Positions 39,185-52,757 of a stretch of 64,000 nucleotides of DNA are shown in pieces; within the stretch, counting starts at the first letter, position 1, and every line of letters starts with the position of its first letter. A model generated the notes under the pieces. It searched no databases. It worked only from the letters and a program-made list of their open reading frames with translations, and was not told the DNA's origin. Source of the DNA: Macrostomum lignano. Its lineage: Eukaryota. The stretch spans positions 61,392 through 125,391 of the forward strand of contig NIVC01003014.1 in NCBI GenBank assembly GCA_002269645.1. Direction: 5' to 3'. The position numbers and the translations under genes are program-made.

Positions 39185-40729
39185 GATCAAACTGTTTGTT
39201 GTTCTTGTTGAAAAAACACCTAAGCCTGAAGTCGACAGTTAACTGAGCTGATGCCTGTTAATAGCTAAGAAGAAGCTGAAATAAAGTTTAAAAGTGTCTT
39301 GGGATTTAAGAAAACTTGCAAAACATGTCAATTTTTTGTATCAAATAAACTATATTTCGATGAAACAGTGAAGTTTTAAAACTCTGACAATATTGTTGAG
39401 CAGCTACGATCTTCTTCTCTTTTCTAATTTTGTTGCTCAACTGTCTCGCTCAGATAGGAAAGGATCAGGGTGAAGATAGCGAGATCGACGGAGACAGACA
39501 GATAGACAGAGAAGGGGGGCGAGAGAAGGACAAGACTGTGCACATACTGTGCTCAGGCATAAACAGCCGACCACAAGGGTTTTGAAGAATTATAAGCCCA
39601 CGGTCTGTTGTAGCCCGGGGCAAACAGTTCTAAAACCATTCCAAGCCTGCCTTGAATAGGGAGAGACACAGAGCAGCACACACGGATAGCCAGACCAGTG
39701 AGTTGTATTTGGCAACGCCCAGCAATAGCTAGAGTACGTGCACATGCTCAAGACAGGCCACACCATACAATAGGCGGTAGTTGTGTACAGTCACTTTTAT
39801 TATATTTCTAGACCTAACCAGTGCGCTCCTTCATGTGGTATTTTTTCTGCAGTCAGCCTCTTTTAATTCTTCTCTCTTCTTTAAGGACAAGTCTCATTTC
39901 AGAAACTGCACTCCCTCACTCAGGGTCTGTCTAAGAAAGGGGTTGGAAAACTTTGTTATTTCCAGGGCAAGATAGAGAATCTGGCGTATGACTGCTAAGA
40001 TGAAGCGTAAGAAGAGACGAGACGAGACGAGACGAGAGGAGGAGAGGAGAGAGGAGAAGAGGAGATTAGAAAGAAGAGAGCTGAGAAGAGAGACAAACCT
40101 TGAGCTGGCTGGATTGCTATTGTGAAGTTTTAAAGGACCCGAGGGTCGGAGTGAGCCAACCCCTATAGTATAAGCAGAAAAGCTTATTGGCGAAAGTCGT
40201 GGAATACTAAAAAAACAAATAAATAAATCTAGATTGAGAACAAAATTACTTTTTCCCTAACAGAATTCTAAGGAATTGAATTTTAAAGAAGGAGAACCAA
40301 ATGTTTAGACTTATATAAATGATGAAGGATCTAATACAGATTGCAGTAATATTACAACAACCCCACGGGAACCACAGGTCTGTGCTTTTGTATGCAAGCT
40401 AACTTACACAGTGTGTGCGAGCGGGAAAGAATTCTATTGTTAATAGGCTGTATTATTTTAATACTGCTTAGAATGTCAACGCGACACCCGCCCTCCCTCC
40501 GTCCACTCAAGCCTTTAACTAGTTCGGTAGTTTATGGCCTGTCACAAATTTCTTTTTGCAGAGGCATTGACGGCTAAGAATTACTCGTTTATTGGGTACA
40601 GAAATTTGAGCCTGGAACTTTCTATAGACTATACACTGTTTTGTAATCCTAAATTTCAGATACCCGTGAAAGTATGAATGGAGCTATTAGAAAACTTAAT
40701 AACTGTAAAACACTGAGATAATCTGGACG

Positions 40730-41775
40730 AGAGGGTGAGAGAGATAGGGAGGGGGTGAGAAAGATAAGGAGGGGTAGAGAGAGATGAGGAGGGGGTGAGA
40801 GAGATGGGGAGGGAGTGAGGGAGATAGGGAGGGAGTGAGAGAGATGGGGAGTGAGGGAGATGGGGAGGGAGTGCGACAGAGAGATGGGAGAGATGGGAGG
40901 GGAGGGGTGAGGTAGATATAGAGGGGCTAAGAGAGGGGTGAGATAGATATAGAGGGGCTAGGAGAGGGGTGAGATAGATATATAGGGGCTAAGAGAGGGG
41001 TGAGATAGATATAGAGGGGCTAAGAGAGGGGTGAGATAGATATATAGGGGCTAAGAGAGGGGTGAGATAGATATATAGGGGCTAAGAGAGGGGTGAGATA
41101 GATATATAGGGGCTAAGAGAGGGGTGAGATAGATATAGATGGGCTAAGAGAGGGGTGAGATAGATATATAGGGGCTAAGAGAGGGGTGAGATAGATATAT
41201 AGGGGCTAAGAGAGGGGTGAGATAGATATAGATGGGCTAAGAGAGGGGTGAGATAGATATAGAGGGGCTAAGAGAGGGTTGAGATAGATATATAGGGGCT
41301 AAGAGACTGGTGAGATAGATATAGAGGGGCTAAGAGAGGGGTGAGATAGATATAGAGGGGCTAAGAGACTGGTGAGATAGATATAGAGGGGCTAGGAGAG
41401 GGGTGAGATAGATATAGAGGGGCTAAGAGAGGGGTGAGATAGATATAGAGGGGCTAAGAGAGGGGTGAGATAGATATAGAGGGGCTAAGAGAGGGTTGAG
41501 ATAGATATATAGGGGCTAAGAGACTGGTGAGATAGATATAGAGGGGCTAGGAGAGGGGTGAGATAGATATAGAGGGGCTAAGAGAGGGTGAGATAGATAT
41601 AGAGGGGCTAAGAGAGGGTGAGATAGATATAGAGGGGCTAAGAGAGGGTTGAGATAGATATATAGGGGCTAAGAGACTGGTGAGATAGATATAGAGGGGC
41701 TAGGAGAGGGGTGAGATAGATATAGAGGGGCTAAGAGAGGGGTGAGATAGATATAGAGGGGCTAAGAGAGGGGTG
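40730..41775. repeat. Purine-rich tract grading into a ~31-bp minisatellite (GAGAGGGGTGAGATAGATATAGAGGGGCTAA)
   Basis: Directly visible. Confidence 0.93.
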
Positions 41776-42465
41776 AACAAGAGGAGTTTAAAGAAATTAC
41801 AAGTACTAGCTACACTTGTAGTAAAATAAAAAAGCAAAACAAAAATCGATGAAATCCAGAAGCTTCACCATATTACAATGCACAATAATTAAAATAATGA
41901 CCCATACGAGGTTAAACTATAGGTATACGCAATTGAACGTTAATTACAGAGGAAATATTGATGATTGCAAGCAAATCAAAATTAAAGAATAACACTACGA
42001 CACGTCGGTTCACTGAAAATATAATGAATTAATGATATACTAAAAACTTTGTACACGGGCAAAACAACTTTGAGCACTTGCTCTTTCAATTGAAATAATC
42101 TCTCACACTGACTGCACTTACTGGGGTTATTAGTAAAACTGCCAATAGCCACTTCTAATAGATACTAATACTAAAATACTAATAGAATTTAATTTATTCT
42201 ATTTAAATAAATTGAAGTCTGACGAGCCTGGGACAGTTTACTAAAGCTAGCATTCTACCTGAAGCGATATTAATAATTAATAGTTAATTATCGATATTTA
42301 TGAACAAAAAATCGATTATTAACAACCATAGTTAATCAAATTAACGAGATTGGTCCATTCTCTATTCTCCACCAGTGTCGATACGCGTGACTACTCTTGG
42401 GACAGTAGTACAATTTGTTTTCGCAAAGATAAATTCTTAACATCGTGTAAAAGTTAGAAGAAAAG

Positions 42466-42685
42466 CAACTAGAGTGGTCTTGCGCGGCGCTCTCATGTGC
42501 CAGCGGCCCAGGCTCGATTCCAAGTGCAGTCACATTAATGTGTTGGGGCTAAATTGGAATCTCGGCTTGGCTCTGCTCGTGCAATTAACGCCCTTAAGAG
42601 GGCCAACTCCCCGGGACACAGTGAAGTGTACACGCCTAACGATAAATAAAGTTTAAAATTAGGGCCGCTGTACACTCCTCCTTGA
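42466..42685 (+). mobile_element. Second, 3'-truncated copy of the tRNA-derived SINE
   Basis: Near-identical to 28358-28530 (gtgccagcg.cccaggctcgatt..aagtgcagtcacattaat ... gctctgctcgtgcaattaacg ... cctaacgataaa); B-box GGCTCGATTCC. Confidence 0.8.
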
Positions 42686-43141
42686 GTAAGTCTAGGCTGT
42701 CATTTTATTTTTTTTAATTGGTCAGGCCAAGAAATAAAAACTTTATTTGTCCAGGCCATTAAATAGTTTTTAATGGCGTTTTATTGCAAGTCAGATAGAC
42801 CAGAGCTGATTGGCTGCAGGGAGAGAGGGGGACACAATGTACATTGTCCAGTCCACAGAGCGTACAGATCTAGCTGCGCCATGCCTAAAATCAAATATAA
42901 TAACAGCCCCTCAGTCCTCATTAGCTCGTTTCTTAGCTATTTAATTTAAATACGATTAAATTGTATGTAAAATTGTTTGCAAAGTTTGATTAACTAATTT
43001 CGCCAATTTTGTGCCACTTACATCTGGTACTAAGAGTAGTACACGAGTAAATTAGTACACGAGTAAATTAGTGAAATGACCCATCTATGCGTATATCGTC
43101 AGTGATTAGCGTTAATCAATCTGTCAATCACTTCGCAACAA

Positions 43142-45615
43142 TCACATTCCGTTATAAGCCGGTCCTTCTCCACCCTGCGGCGTAACCCAGTTAATATTCT
43201 GAGTCGGATCTTTAATATCGCATGTCTTGCAGTGGATGCAATTCTGCGCGTTGATTTGCAATCGCTTGGAACCGTCGTCTAATTCGACGTATTCGTAAAC
43301 GCCAGCTGGGCAGAACCGTTGCTCGGGCCGTCGTAGACTGACAGGTTAACTTGGCCAGGTACGGAATCGTCATACAAAGTGAGATGAGGCGGCTGGTCAT
43401 GATCGTGATTTGTACTCGTGAGAGCTACGCTACTCAACAAGTCAAACGATAGGACATTGTCCGGCTTTGGATAATCTTTCGGCTTGCAATCTTTGGCTGG
43501 CAATAGTTTCTCATGATCGGTACCGCTGTGCGAGAAGGTCCAGGGTTCGCGTCCCCGAGTAAAATACCAAACAGCGCCAGTGTAGGCCATACCGCCAAAC
43601 ATGCCGAGGCGACCATTGAGCAGGTGAAAACTTGGTCGAATGTTTCTGACGCTGTGCAACTCTTTGTACACCCAAGAGTTGCGCAACGCTTCCTCGTAGG
43701 TCGTGGGTTCGATTTCGCCGGAACCGATTGCTTCGTGAACAGCTTCAGCCGCTAGGGAACCGGACTTCATAGCGTTGTGGGTGCCTTTTACCTATAGTGC
43801 GGTTTTGGTATGGACAGTGAAAAGTCAATTAGATCAATTAGCTTCGATATTCAGCTATAATAAGATCTTTATTATTAGATATTTAAGGGATACTCAGCAT
43901 CAAGATGAGGGGATATTCAGCTTGAAGATTGAGAGGATATTCAGCATCAAGATGAAGGGATATTCAGCATCAAGATGAGGGGATATTCAGCATCAAGATG
44001 AAGGAATATTCAGCATCAAAGTGAGAAGATATTCAGCTTGAATATGAGGGATATTCAGGATCAAGATAAGGGGATATTCAGCTTGAATATGAGGGAATAT
44101 TCAGCTTGAATATGAGGGTACATTCAGCTGCAAGATGAGGGAATATTCAGGATCAAGATAAGGGGATATTCAGCTTGAATATGAGGGGATATTCAGCTTG
44201 AATATGAGGGAATATTCAGCTTGAATATGAGGGAATATTCAGCTTGAATATGAGGGAATATTCAGCTTGAATATGAGGGAATATTCAGCTTGAATATGAG
44301 GGAATATTCAGCTTGAATATGAGGGAATATTCAGCTTGAATATGAGGGAATATTCAGCTTGAATATGAGGGAATATTCAGCTTGAATATGAGGGAATATT
44401 CAGCTTGAATATGAGGGAATATTTAGCATCAAGATGAGGGAATATTCAGCATCAAGATGAGGAGATAATCAGCATCAAGGTGAGTGGATATTCTGCAGAC
44501 TCAGCAGCTCACCTTCGGCACATTGATCATGCCGGCGGTGCAGCCGACTAGACACCCGCCAGGAAAGGTCAGCTTAGGCAGGCTCTGCACTCCGCCTTCG
44601 TTAAGCGCCCTGGCGCCGTAGCCAATCCGCTTGCCGCCAGTGAGCGCGGCGGCCACGTGCGGATGATGCTTAAACTGTTGGAACTCGCGGAACGGACTCA
44701 AGTAGGGATTAGAGTAGTCTAAGCCGACAACAAAACCCACGGCTGCCAATGGCGAGCCTTCGTTCAGATGGTAGATAAAATAGCCACCGTATGTGCCGGA
44801 GTCCAGCGGCCAACCGACTCCGTGTTCAACATATCCGGGACGCCAGCGATCTTCGGACAATTCCCATAGCTCTTTGAAGCCGATACCGTAGGTCTGGGGT
44901 TCGCGTCCAGCTCTTAGATCGTACCGGTTAATCAGATGCTTGGCCAAGTGGCCGTGCGTGCCCTCGGCAATGATGAGCTGTTTGCAGTGGAACTCCATGC
45001 CCCGTTCGAAGCTATCCTTAGGCGAGCCGTCTTTAGCTATGCCAACATCGTTAGTTGCTACGCCTTTGACAGCGGAACCGTCCTCTGTGTACAGAACTTC
45101 GGCCGCGGCAACGCCCGGATAGACTTCAACGCCAAGGCTTTCGGCCTGTTCGCCTAGCCAAGCAACCACATTGCCCAGTCTGACAATATAGTTGCCATGG
45201 TTGTGCATGGGCATGCCGGGCAGCAGGGGCAGCGGTATGGCGCGCTTCTCTGTTAGCATGTAGAATTTGTCACCAGTGACCGGCGTGTGCAGCGGGGCGC
45301 CGCGTTCCTGCCGGAGATTGGGCGATTAGTACTTAGAAATACATCATGGTTTACACCTGTTTTAGACTTAATAGTACCATCTATTATTGTCATACTGTTT
45401 GTTAGGCGATTATGCAACAGTTTTACTCGGGAATTATAATACCCCTAGGGTATTTTATGTTGACGTCACTCCAAGAAACAGTGTCACTCAAGGACACAAT
45501 GCGAATCAGGGACTCAATGTCACTCAGGATTCAATGACACTCAAGGAAAAAACAAACAAACAAATAAACTAACTAAGTAACTAACTAAATAACTAACAGA
45601 CTAACTAACTGACTG

Positions 45616-45665
<50 letters not shown>

Positions 45666-45776
45666 GAACTAACTAACTAACTAGGAAAAATAACTAACTA
45701 ACTAACTAACTAAATAACTAACTAACTAACTAAATAACTAACTAACTAACTAACAGACTAACTAACTAACTGACTG

Positions 45777-45814
<38 letters not shown>

Positions 45815-45972
45815 ACACTAACTAACTAACTAACTAACTAACACACTAACTAACTAACTAACTAACTAACACACTAACTAACTAACTAACTAACTAACAC
45901 ACTAACTAACTAACTAACTGACTGACTAACGAACTAACTGACTGACTAACTAACTAGCTAACTAACTAACAC

Positions 45973-46014
<42 letters not shown>

Positions 46015-46100
46015 ACACTAACTAACTAACTAACTGACTGACTAACGAACTAACTAACTAAATAACTAACTAACTAACTAACTAGCTAACTAACTAACAC

Positions 46101-46138
<38 letters not shown>

Positions 46139-46790
46139 ACACTAAGTAACTAACTAACTGACTGACTAACGAACTAACTGACTGACTAACTAACTAGCTA
46201 ACTAACTAACACACTAACTAACTAACTAGCTAACTAACTAACTAACACACTAACTAACTAACTAACTAACTAACACACTAACTAACTAACTAACTAACAC
46301 AATAACTAACTAACTAACTAATGAACCGAATTAACAGTACTACTAGCCAGCTTAGAAAAATGTATAAACTAAAAACTAACAAAAGCAGTACCTGCCAGTC
46401 CGGAAACAGCTCAACCAGACCCTTTGGATCCAGGCACGCCCCAGACATAGTGTGCGCCCCCACTAACGAGGCCTTCTCCAGCACCACAATACGCATTTCA
46501 GTGCCCTTCTCGGCGTTCAACTGGGCCAACCGACAGGCGGCCGAGAGACCGGCGGGCCCGCCGCCAACAATAACAACGTCGGCTTCGTCAACTGCGCGAG
46601 TCATGTCGACGTCTTTCCAGCGTGGATCTTTGGCGCGATCGTTCCTAGTTGGATGGGTGGTGATTTTTGGCGACAGAGGCTTCTGCTGCTGCCGCTCCCC
46701 GGCCGCGGTTGTGCAGTAGCCGTAGCGCGTGACCAGCCTGGGCAGCTTAGCTGCTGCAGCAACCAAAGCAGCTCTGCTACTTGAGAGCAT
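43142..46790 (-). CDS. ETFDH: Electron-transfer flavoprotein-ubiquinone oxidoreductase; exons 46790-46392, 45307-44513, 43791-43142; 1-bp frameshift at ~43325 in this sequence; 614 aa if corrected
   Basis: Mitochondrial-type presequence; [15 protein letters not shown]; GAHTMSGAC; GNYIVRLG; [12 protein letters not shown]; [10 protein letters not shown]; [11 protein letters not shown]; and, after a frame change, [11 protein letters not shown]...[13 protein letters not shown]...GPAYNGM*. Confidence 0.95.
43900..44480. repeat. 23-bp minisatellite (TGAGGGAATATTCAGCTTGAATA) in ETFDH intron 2
   Basis: Directly visible; unrelated to the GGCGATTCTCA 23-mer. Confidence 0.94.
45570..46320. repeat. (CTAA)n microsatellite with CTGA/CACA variants, ETFDH intron 1
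   Basis: Directly visible. Confidence 0.96.
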
Positions 46791-47014
46791 TGTTTGCTTA
46801 CTGTCTGCGGAAATAAATTTTTTGTTGAATAAATAAACTCCGAATTTGTAACAGGAAAATGGTAGGAGTAACTATTTAACAGAAATTTCAGTTTAATTTC
46901 GACTCAGCAGCAGGTAGATAAAAGCAGCGTTTAATCAACATTTTTATCGTAACTGACCTTAGGCCCAGTAAGCCCAACTATGCTGGGCTTAGAAAGGTGT
47001 GGATAGGGCTTTTG

Positions 47015-48050
47015 GGAAAGATAGTTCATAGGGTAGCGTAGGGACTATTATTCTTTAGGGTAGGCTAGGGACTATTCTTTAGGGTAGGGTAGCGACTTCT
47101 TTTTTAGGGTAGGGTAGGGAGTGTTGTTTAGGGTAGGGTAGGGACTATTATTCTTTAGAATAGGGTAGGGACTATTCTTCTTTAGAGTAGGGTAGGGACT
47201 ATTCTTCTTTCGGGTAGGGTAGGAAGTGTTGTTGTTTAGGGTAGGTAGGGACTATTCTTCTTTAGAGTAGGATAGGGACTATTCTTCTTTAGGGTAGGGT
47301 AGGAACTGTTGTTTAGGGTAGGTAGGGACTATTCTTCTTTAGAGTAGGGTAGGGACTATTCTTCTTTAGAGTAGGGTAGGGACTATTCTTCTTTCGGGTA
47401 GGGTAGGAAGTGTTGTTGTTTAGGGTAGGTAGGGACTATTCTTCTTTAGAGTAGGATAGGGACTATTCTTCTTTAGGGTAGGGTAGCGACTTCTTTTTTA
47501 GGGTAGGGTAGGGAGTGTTGTTTAGGGTAGGGTAGGGACTATTATTCTTTAGAATAGGGTAGGGACTATTCTTCTTTAGAGTAGGGTAGGGACTATTCTT
47601 CTTTCGGGTAGGGTAGGAAGTGTTGTTGTTTAGGGTAGGTAGGGACTATTCTTCTTTAGAGTAGGATAGGGACTATTCTTCTTTAGGGTAGGGTAGGAAC
47701 TGTTGTTTAGGGTAGGTAGGGACTATTCTTCTTTAGAGTAGGGTAGGGACTATTCTTCTTTAGAGTAGGGTAGTGACTATTTTTCTTTAGAGTAGGGTAG
47801 TGACTATTCTTCTTTAGGGTAGGGTAGGAACTGTTGTTTAGAGTAGGGTAGGGACTATTTTTCTTTAGAGTAGGGTAGGGACTATTCTTCTTTAGAGTAG
47901 GGTAGTGACTATTTTTCTTTAGAGTAGGGTAGGGACTATTCTTCTTTAGAGTAGGGTAGTGACTATTCTTCTTTAGAGTAGGGTAGTGACTATTTTTCTT
48001 TAGAGTAGGGTAGGGACTATTTTTCTTTAGGGTAGGGACGCGACTCTTTA
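47015..48050. repeat. G-tract-rich minisatellite (~27 bp, GGGACTATTCTTCTTTAGAGTAGGGTA) with a ~394-bp higher-order duplication, upstream of ETFDH
   Basis: The rare variant AGCGACTTCTT occurs at 47091 and 47485 with matching downstream variants. Confidence 0.92.
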
Positions 48051-48574
48051 GGGAACATCTGCAACCATCTGGTCTGATAACTATAAAAGCCTTAAGTGCA
48101 CAGTAAATGAAATCCAAATAAATCACAAGAAACGGTAAAATATAATCAGCAGGACAATCTCAACACCGTAATTATTGTGACATGCACATTTTATTGTGAT
48201 ATAGAATTATTATCTATTGAACAGAGAAAGAAACCAGCACGTGACCAAATTGCTAAATATTTCCTGCTAATATAAAATAGTTTTACGAGAACTAGCGGAA
48301 AATCATCACAAACTTTAGTAAACAAATTATCCAATTTTTAAAGTAAAACATTTAATGACATAAACACATACAGATTGCTTCGAGTATTCGATTTTTTTAA
48401 ATATTTTAGTACACCAATAGAAAAATTTTCGGGTATAAAAATATTCAATAAAAGTATAATTGTTTATAAATCGCGTTTGACACAAAAAGAATTCATTGTT
48501 TTGATTTATCTACTGGCAACCGCATGACTTAAGCATTGGTGTGCAAAGCTTTGTAACCGACAAAAATCATTTAT

Positions 48575-48870
48575 AAATAGCAACGATAGAAAAGTACATT
48601 TTGAGCTGCATAGCAACAGCAGAAAAGTACACTCTTAGTTGAACAGCAACAGTAGAAAAGTACACTCTTAGCTGCATAGCAACAGTAGAAAAGTACACTC
48701 TTAGCTGCATTGCAACAGTAGAAAAGAACTTTTTCTGAGCTGCATAGCAACAACATAAAAGTACATTTCTAAGCTGCATAGCCACCGCAGAAAGTACATT
48801 CTGAGCTACTTTGCAACGGCATGAAAGTATATTTCTTAACAGCATAGCCCAACAACAGAAAAGTACATTT
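48575..48870. repeat. Degenerate ~33-bp repeat (AGCTGCATAGCAACAGTAGAAAAGTACACTCTT)
   Basis: Visible recurrent units. Confidence 0.8.
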
Positions 48871-49597
48871 AGAGAATCGAAGTAACAATTTTATTGATTA
48901 GTAATCAATCACAAGATACAAGATAATCATAAGCCGATTGTTTAGAGAGTTCGTAAAAATTGAAGCAGCAGTTTAGACTAGGCGAAATGACAGGACAAAA
49001 TATTATTGTTAGCTACAGGACCAAAAGCACAACTAAATCGACAGACTATGCTGAAGTAAATTACTCGTATGTGAATACTTATTTAGTATTGCACCAGAAA
49101 AAAAGTAAATATATTGTGTTGCCAAATGACAAAATCAGGACAAACTGCATGCATGCGGGCAAACAGTTTGTGTAAATATAATAAATTAGAAAAATATTTA
49201 TTCCGATAAAATGAAAAACATCTTGCAAAATGAACACAACAGTTTTCACAATACCTGTGCATGATCAATAAAAAATTGTTTTTGAAATTAACAATTTTAA
49301 GTAAGGAAAGCTATTTGTTTAATAAATGAATTGTTTGTCTATCAATTCAATGTGACCAGCTAAATGAAATGAAAACGGTACCTAAGCCAAGAAGCGTTCA
49401 TCCAGAGTGGTTCCAGGTAACACAGGTAAAATAGGAAAGAAGCGACTCTAAACGGCTCTAAAACGACAAGATTTCGAGGTACAAAGTCGCCAAAAAGTGG
49501 TCAAAGAGTTGCCTAAGAGTCAATTTGAGCCGTTTTATTGTCTGCCACTTTGAAATGACTCTGGGGTCGTAGAGTCGTATCTGGGGTGTGCTAAGAG

Positions 49598-50422
49598 AAC
49601 AGATACTAGACTAACTAGATGGGCCACTCAGCACATTTGCGTGTAAGCTACTTTTAGTTCAGTAGTAAGTTAAACAGAAGCATTTTAATTTATTTTTAAA
49701 GCCAAGGCTCATTTATTGGCTCCCCAGCTTAAACCATAGATAAAGTATACATAGATTCCACCCCTACCCCCGCGGAGTGTCTAAATTGTGACCATCACTT
49801 TATTCACTGCGCTCCTATTGGCTGGGCCACGCTATGCACATTGAGTCCACGTGTGTACATTCCCCCAACTCCGCTTTTCTATTATCTCCGCTTTAACTGT
49901 TGAAACTGGTAAGACATCCTTTCGTTCCGCGCATTAAAGTTATAAAGCTTTCTTGTGTGGAAGGGGTGAGGGAATGAAATCGAAGGTGTTGAAAGGAAGG
50001 CTTTCGCGCCAGCCAATGAGAGCACGGTGAGTTTTATGGTGGTCAAAGTTTGGACACGAGCGTGTGTACATTCTGGGCAGGGGTGGAATCTATGTATACT
50101 TTATCTATGGCTTAAACCCTCTAACCGCGCCTTTCCACTCAACCCCCGCCCCGCCCCAATTTTTATTGCCTTTCTCGGAATTCCAGTCTAAAGCTGCCAT
50201 GTACATTTCAGTGGACTGGCCAATGTACACTATTGCCGAACCAATTAGCAAGTTGTTTACGCCTGCAAGCTCGGGCTTCTAAACTTATCAAAGTCATTTC
50301 AGCTGCCTTAATTTTATAAAATAGCTTATGTATTCTTCTTTGCTACTGAACTGAAAGTAGAAAGCTGTTTTACTAAGTATATATATGCCTGAGTGACCCA
50401 TCTAGATATTTTAGTATCTATG
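49598..50422 (+). mobile_element. MITE (~825 bp) with long imperfect TIRs and a perfect 8-bp TSD (GCTAAGAG); P- or hAT-like
   Basis: gctaagag at 49590-49597 and 50423-50430; ends (a)acagatacta...tagtatct(a)tg; internal perfect inverted pair TAAAGTATACATAGATTCCACCCC (49741) / GGGGTGGAATCTATGTATACTTTA (~50080); no ORF. Confidence 0.85.
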
Positions 50423-51859
50423 GCTAAGAGTCGCTGTAGTCTGTAGACTCACCGACTTGCATCAAAGCGCATCTGCGTCACTGAATTAGAATCGCCTTTC
50501 CCATTTTTTAACAACTCTATTTAGTCTACTTGAGTTAGTAGGGAGTTCAGAGCTAGCAACACTCTTAGATGACTTTTTTTCGCGACTCTTTTACAATTCT
50601 GCAACTCAAGGAAAGCCTCTCCACCCCATTACAGTCGTTTGAGTTGTTAAAAATCACAATAGTCGCCCCAGATTCGCTAGAGTGACTCTTTAGCTATTCT
50701 TAACACTGTAAATGGTCATTAAAGTACACTATAGACAAATTGACAATTCATTAGCAGTGCAATGATTTAGGCAACTGTGCAAAAAATCAATATTACATAA
50801 GAGCATTAATAACCATAAATAGCATAAGTAACGGAACATAAAACGCAGTAGACAACTTATTGGCAACAAAAGAACCTTCAAAAGTAGGAAAACGCAATTA
50901 AAACTGAAATTTTGATATATATATAGAAAACTATTGAAGATATAAAAACACGAATCCAAAAAGTGCAGAGGGATACAGTGTTATACGCAGGACTGTATGT
51001 AAAGCGCATTAAGTATTACAACTTTACCAAGTATGACTATACTAGAGAAAAGATCAAATCAGCTGCTGAAAAAAACTGTAATTGTAAAAAGTTCTATAGA
51101 AACTACTCATTAAAGATTGAGGAAATAGCAATAGAAAAATATGAATAAATTCGTTTTTATATAGTGTCCGTAATATATAAAGGTAGAAAAGAGCTTGTAT
51201 ACATGTATATAAAATCGATGGATTGCTAGTTTGGCGTCGGTATGTAAATTATAAGTTAGGAAATATATATTCTATGAATATCACCAGTTAACATTATATT
51301 ATTGCTATATTTTTTACTACGCCAGACAAGCAATCCAGAAATCACATGTACAAGTATAAATAATATCAACGCATTCAATATAAAAAAATTAATTCGCAGA
51401 TTCTATTACTACTATAAGTAAAACTGAAAACTTCGTTTATAGAAAATAAAGATTTTGTCAACCACGCAAATAACATGAATTTTTTTCAAAGAAATGATTT
51501 CTTCAAAACTTCTACTAATAGTAGTTCTCGGTTTCAGGTTCAGGCATGTAAATATTATCGATCTAAATGAATAGGAATTTTAAAGAAGCAAGTAAAAAAC
51601 CACGAGGTCTGCTTGAAAGTGTGCCATCTAAATATGCATAGATAGATCAAAGAGATTACCGACAAGCCTCCTGATTCCTATATCTATGAAATTATTGAAT
51701 ACACAGGGAAAAGTGAATTAAAGGTAAATATAGTGAATCGAATGAAACACAAATAAGTGGCTGATTCCTGTGACCAAAAAGCGGCTACACTAATGAACTC
51801 TATCAGTCTATGCTAAATATGAGATACAAATCAGTCAGCCAGAAATGTATTCTTGCTGC

Positions 51860-52007
51860 ACACGAACTTCAACACGACCGACAGTCTTGCGCTACAGACG
51901 CTGTCCCTGGGTTCGAATCCGTACGCTAGGAAAAACAAGAACTAATCCTTGTGTATGCGTGCTCAGGGGTCACGGATTGGGCATGACTGCTGGCTGAGGG
52001 TCGAATA
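51860..52007 (+). mobile_element. SINE-like fragment with canonical B-box, sharing a 3' core with the 28321 SINE
   Basis: GGTTCGAATCC at 51910-51920; tgtatgcgtgctcagggg...attgggca resembles tgtatgcctgctcagggg...aatgggca at ~28567-28600. Confidence 0.55.
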
Positions 52008-52110
52008 ACTACTAACTAACTAACTAACTGACTAACTAACTGACTGACTAACTAACTGACTGACTAACTAACTAACTGACTAACTAACTGACTGACTAAC
52101 TAACTGACTG

Positions 52111-52149
<39 letters not shown>

Positions 52150-52198
52150 GACTGACTAACTAACTGACTGACTAACTGACTGACTAACTAACTGACTG

Positions 52199-52233
<35 letters not shown>

Positions 52234-52334
52234 GACTGACTAACTGACTGACTAACTAACTGACTGACTAACTAACTGACTGACTAACTAACTAACTAAC
52301 TAACTAACTGACTGACTAACTAACTAACTAACTG

Positions 52335-52377
<43 letters not shown>

Positions 52378-52410
52378 GACTGACTAACTGACTGACTAAC
52401 TAACTGACTG

Positions 52411-52445
<35 letters not shown>

Positions 52446-52650
52446 GACTGACTAACTGACTGACTAACTGACTGACTAACTAACTGACTGACTAACTAAC
52501 TAACTAACTAACTGACTGACTAACTAACTAACTAACTAACTGACTGACTAACTAACTAACTAACTAACTGACTAACTAACTGACTGACTAACTAACTGAC
52601 TGACTAACTAACTAACTGACTAACTAACTGACTGACTAACTAACTGACTG

Positions 52651-52689
<39 letters not shown>

Positions 52690-52722
52690 GACTGACTAAC
52701 TGACTGACTAACTAACTGACTG

Positions 52723-52757
<35 letters not shown>

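Noticed and set aside
43320-43335. Programmed -1 ribosomal frameshift in ETFDH
   Set aside because: No X-XXY-YYZ slippery heptamer; a homopolymer indel is the simpler explanation
47015-48050. Interstitial telomere / chromosome fusion site
   Set aside because: No tandem (TTAGGG)n and no head-to-head inversion
51860-51930. Genuine tRNA gene
   Set aside because: B-box present, but no full cloverleaf or acceptor stem could be folded; continues into SINE-like core sequence
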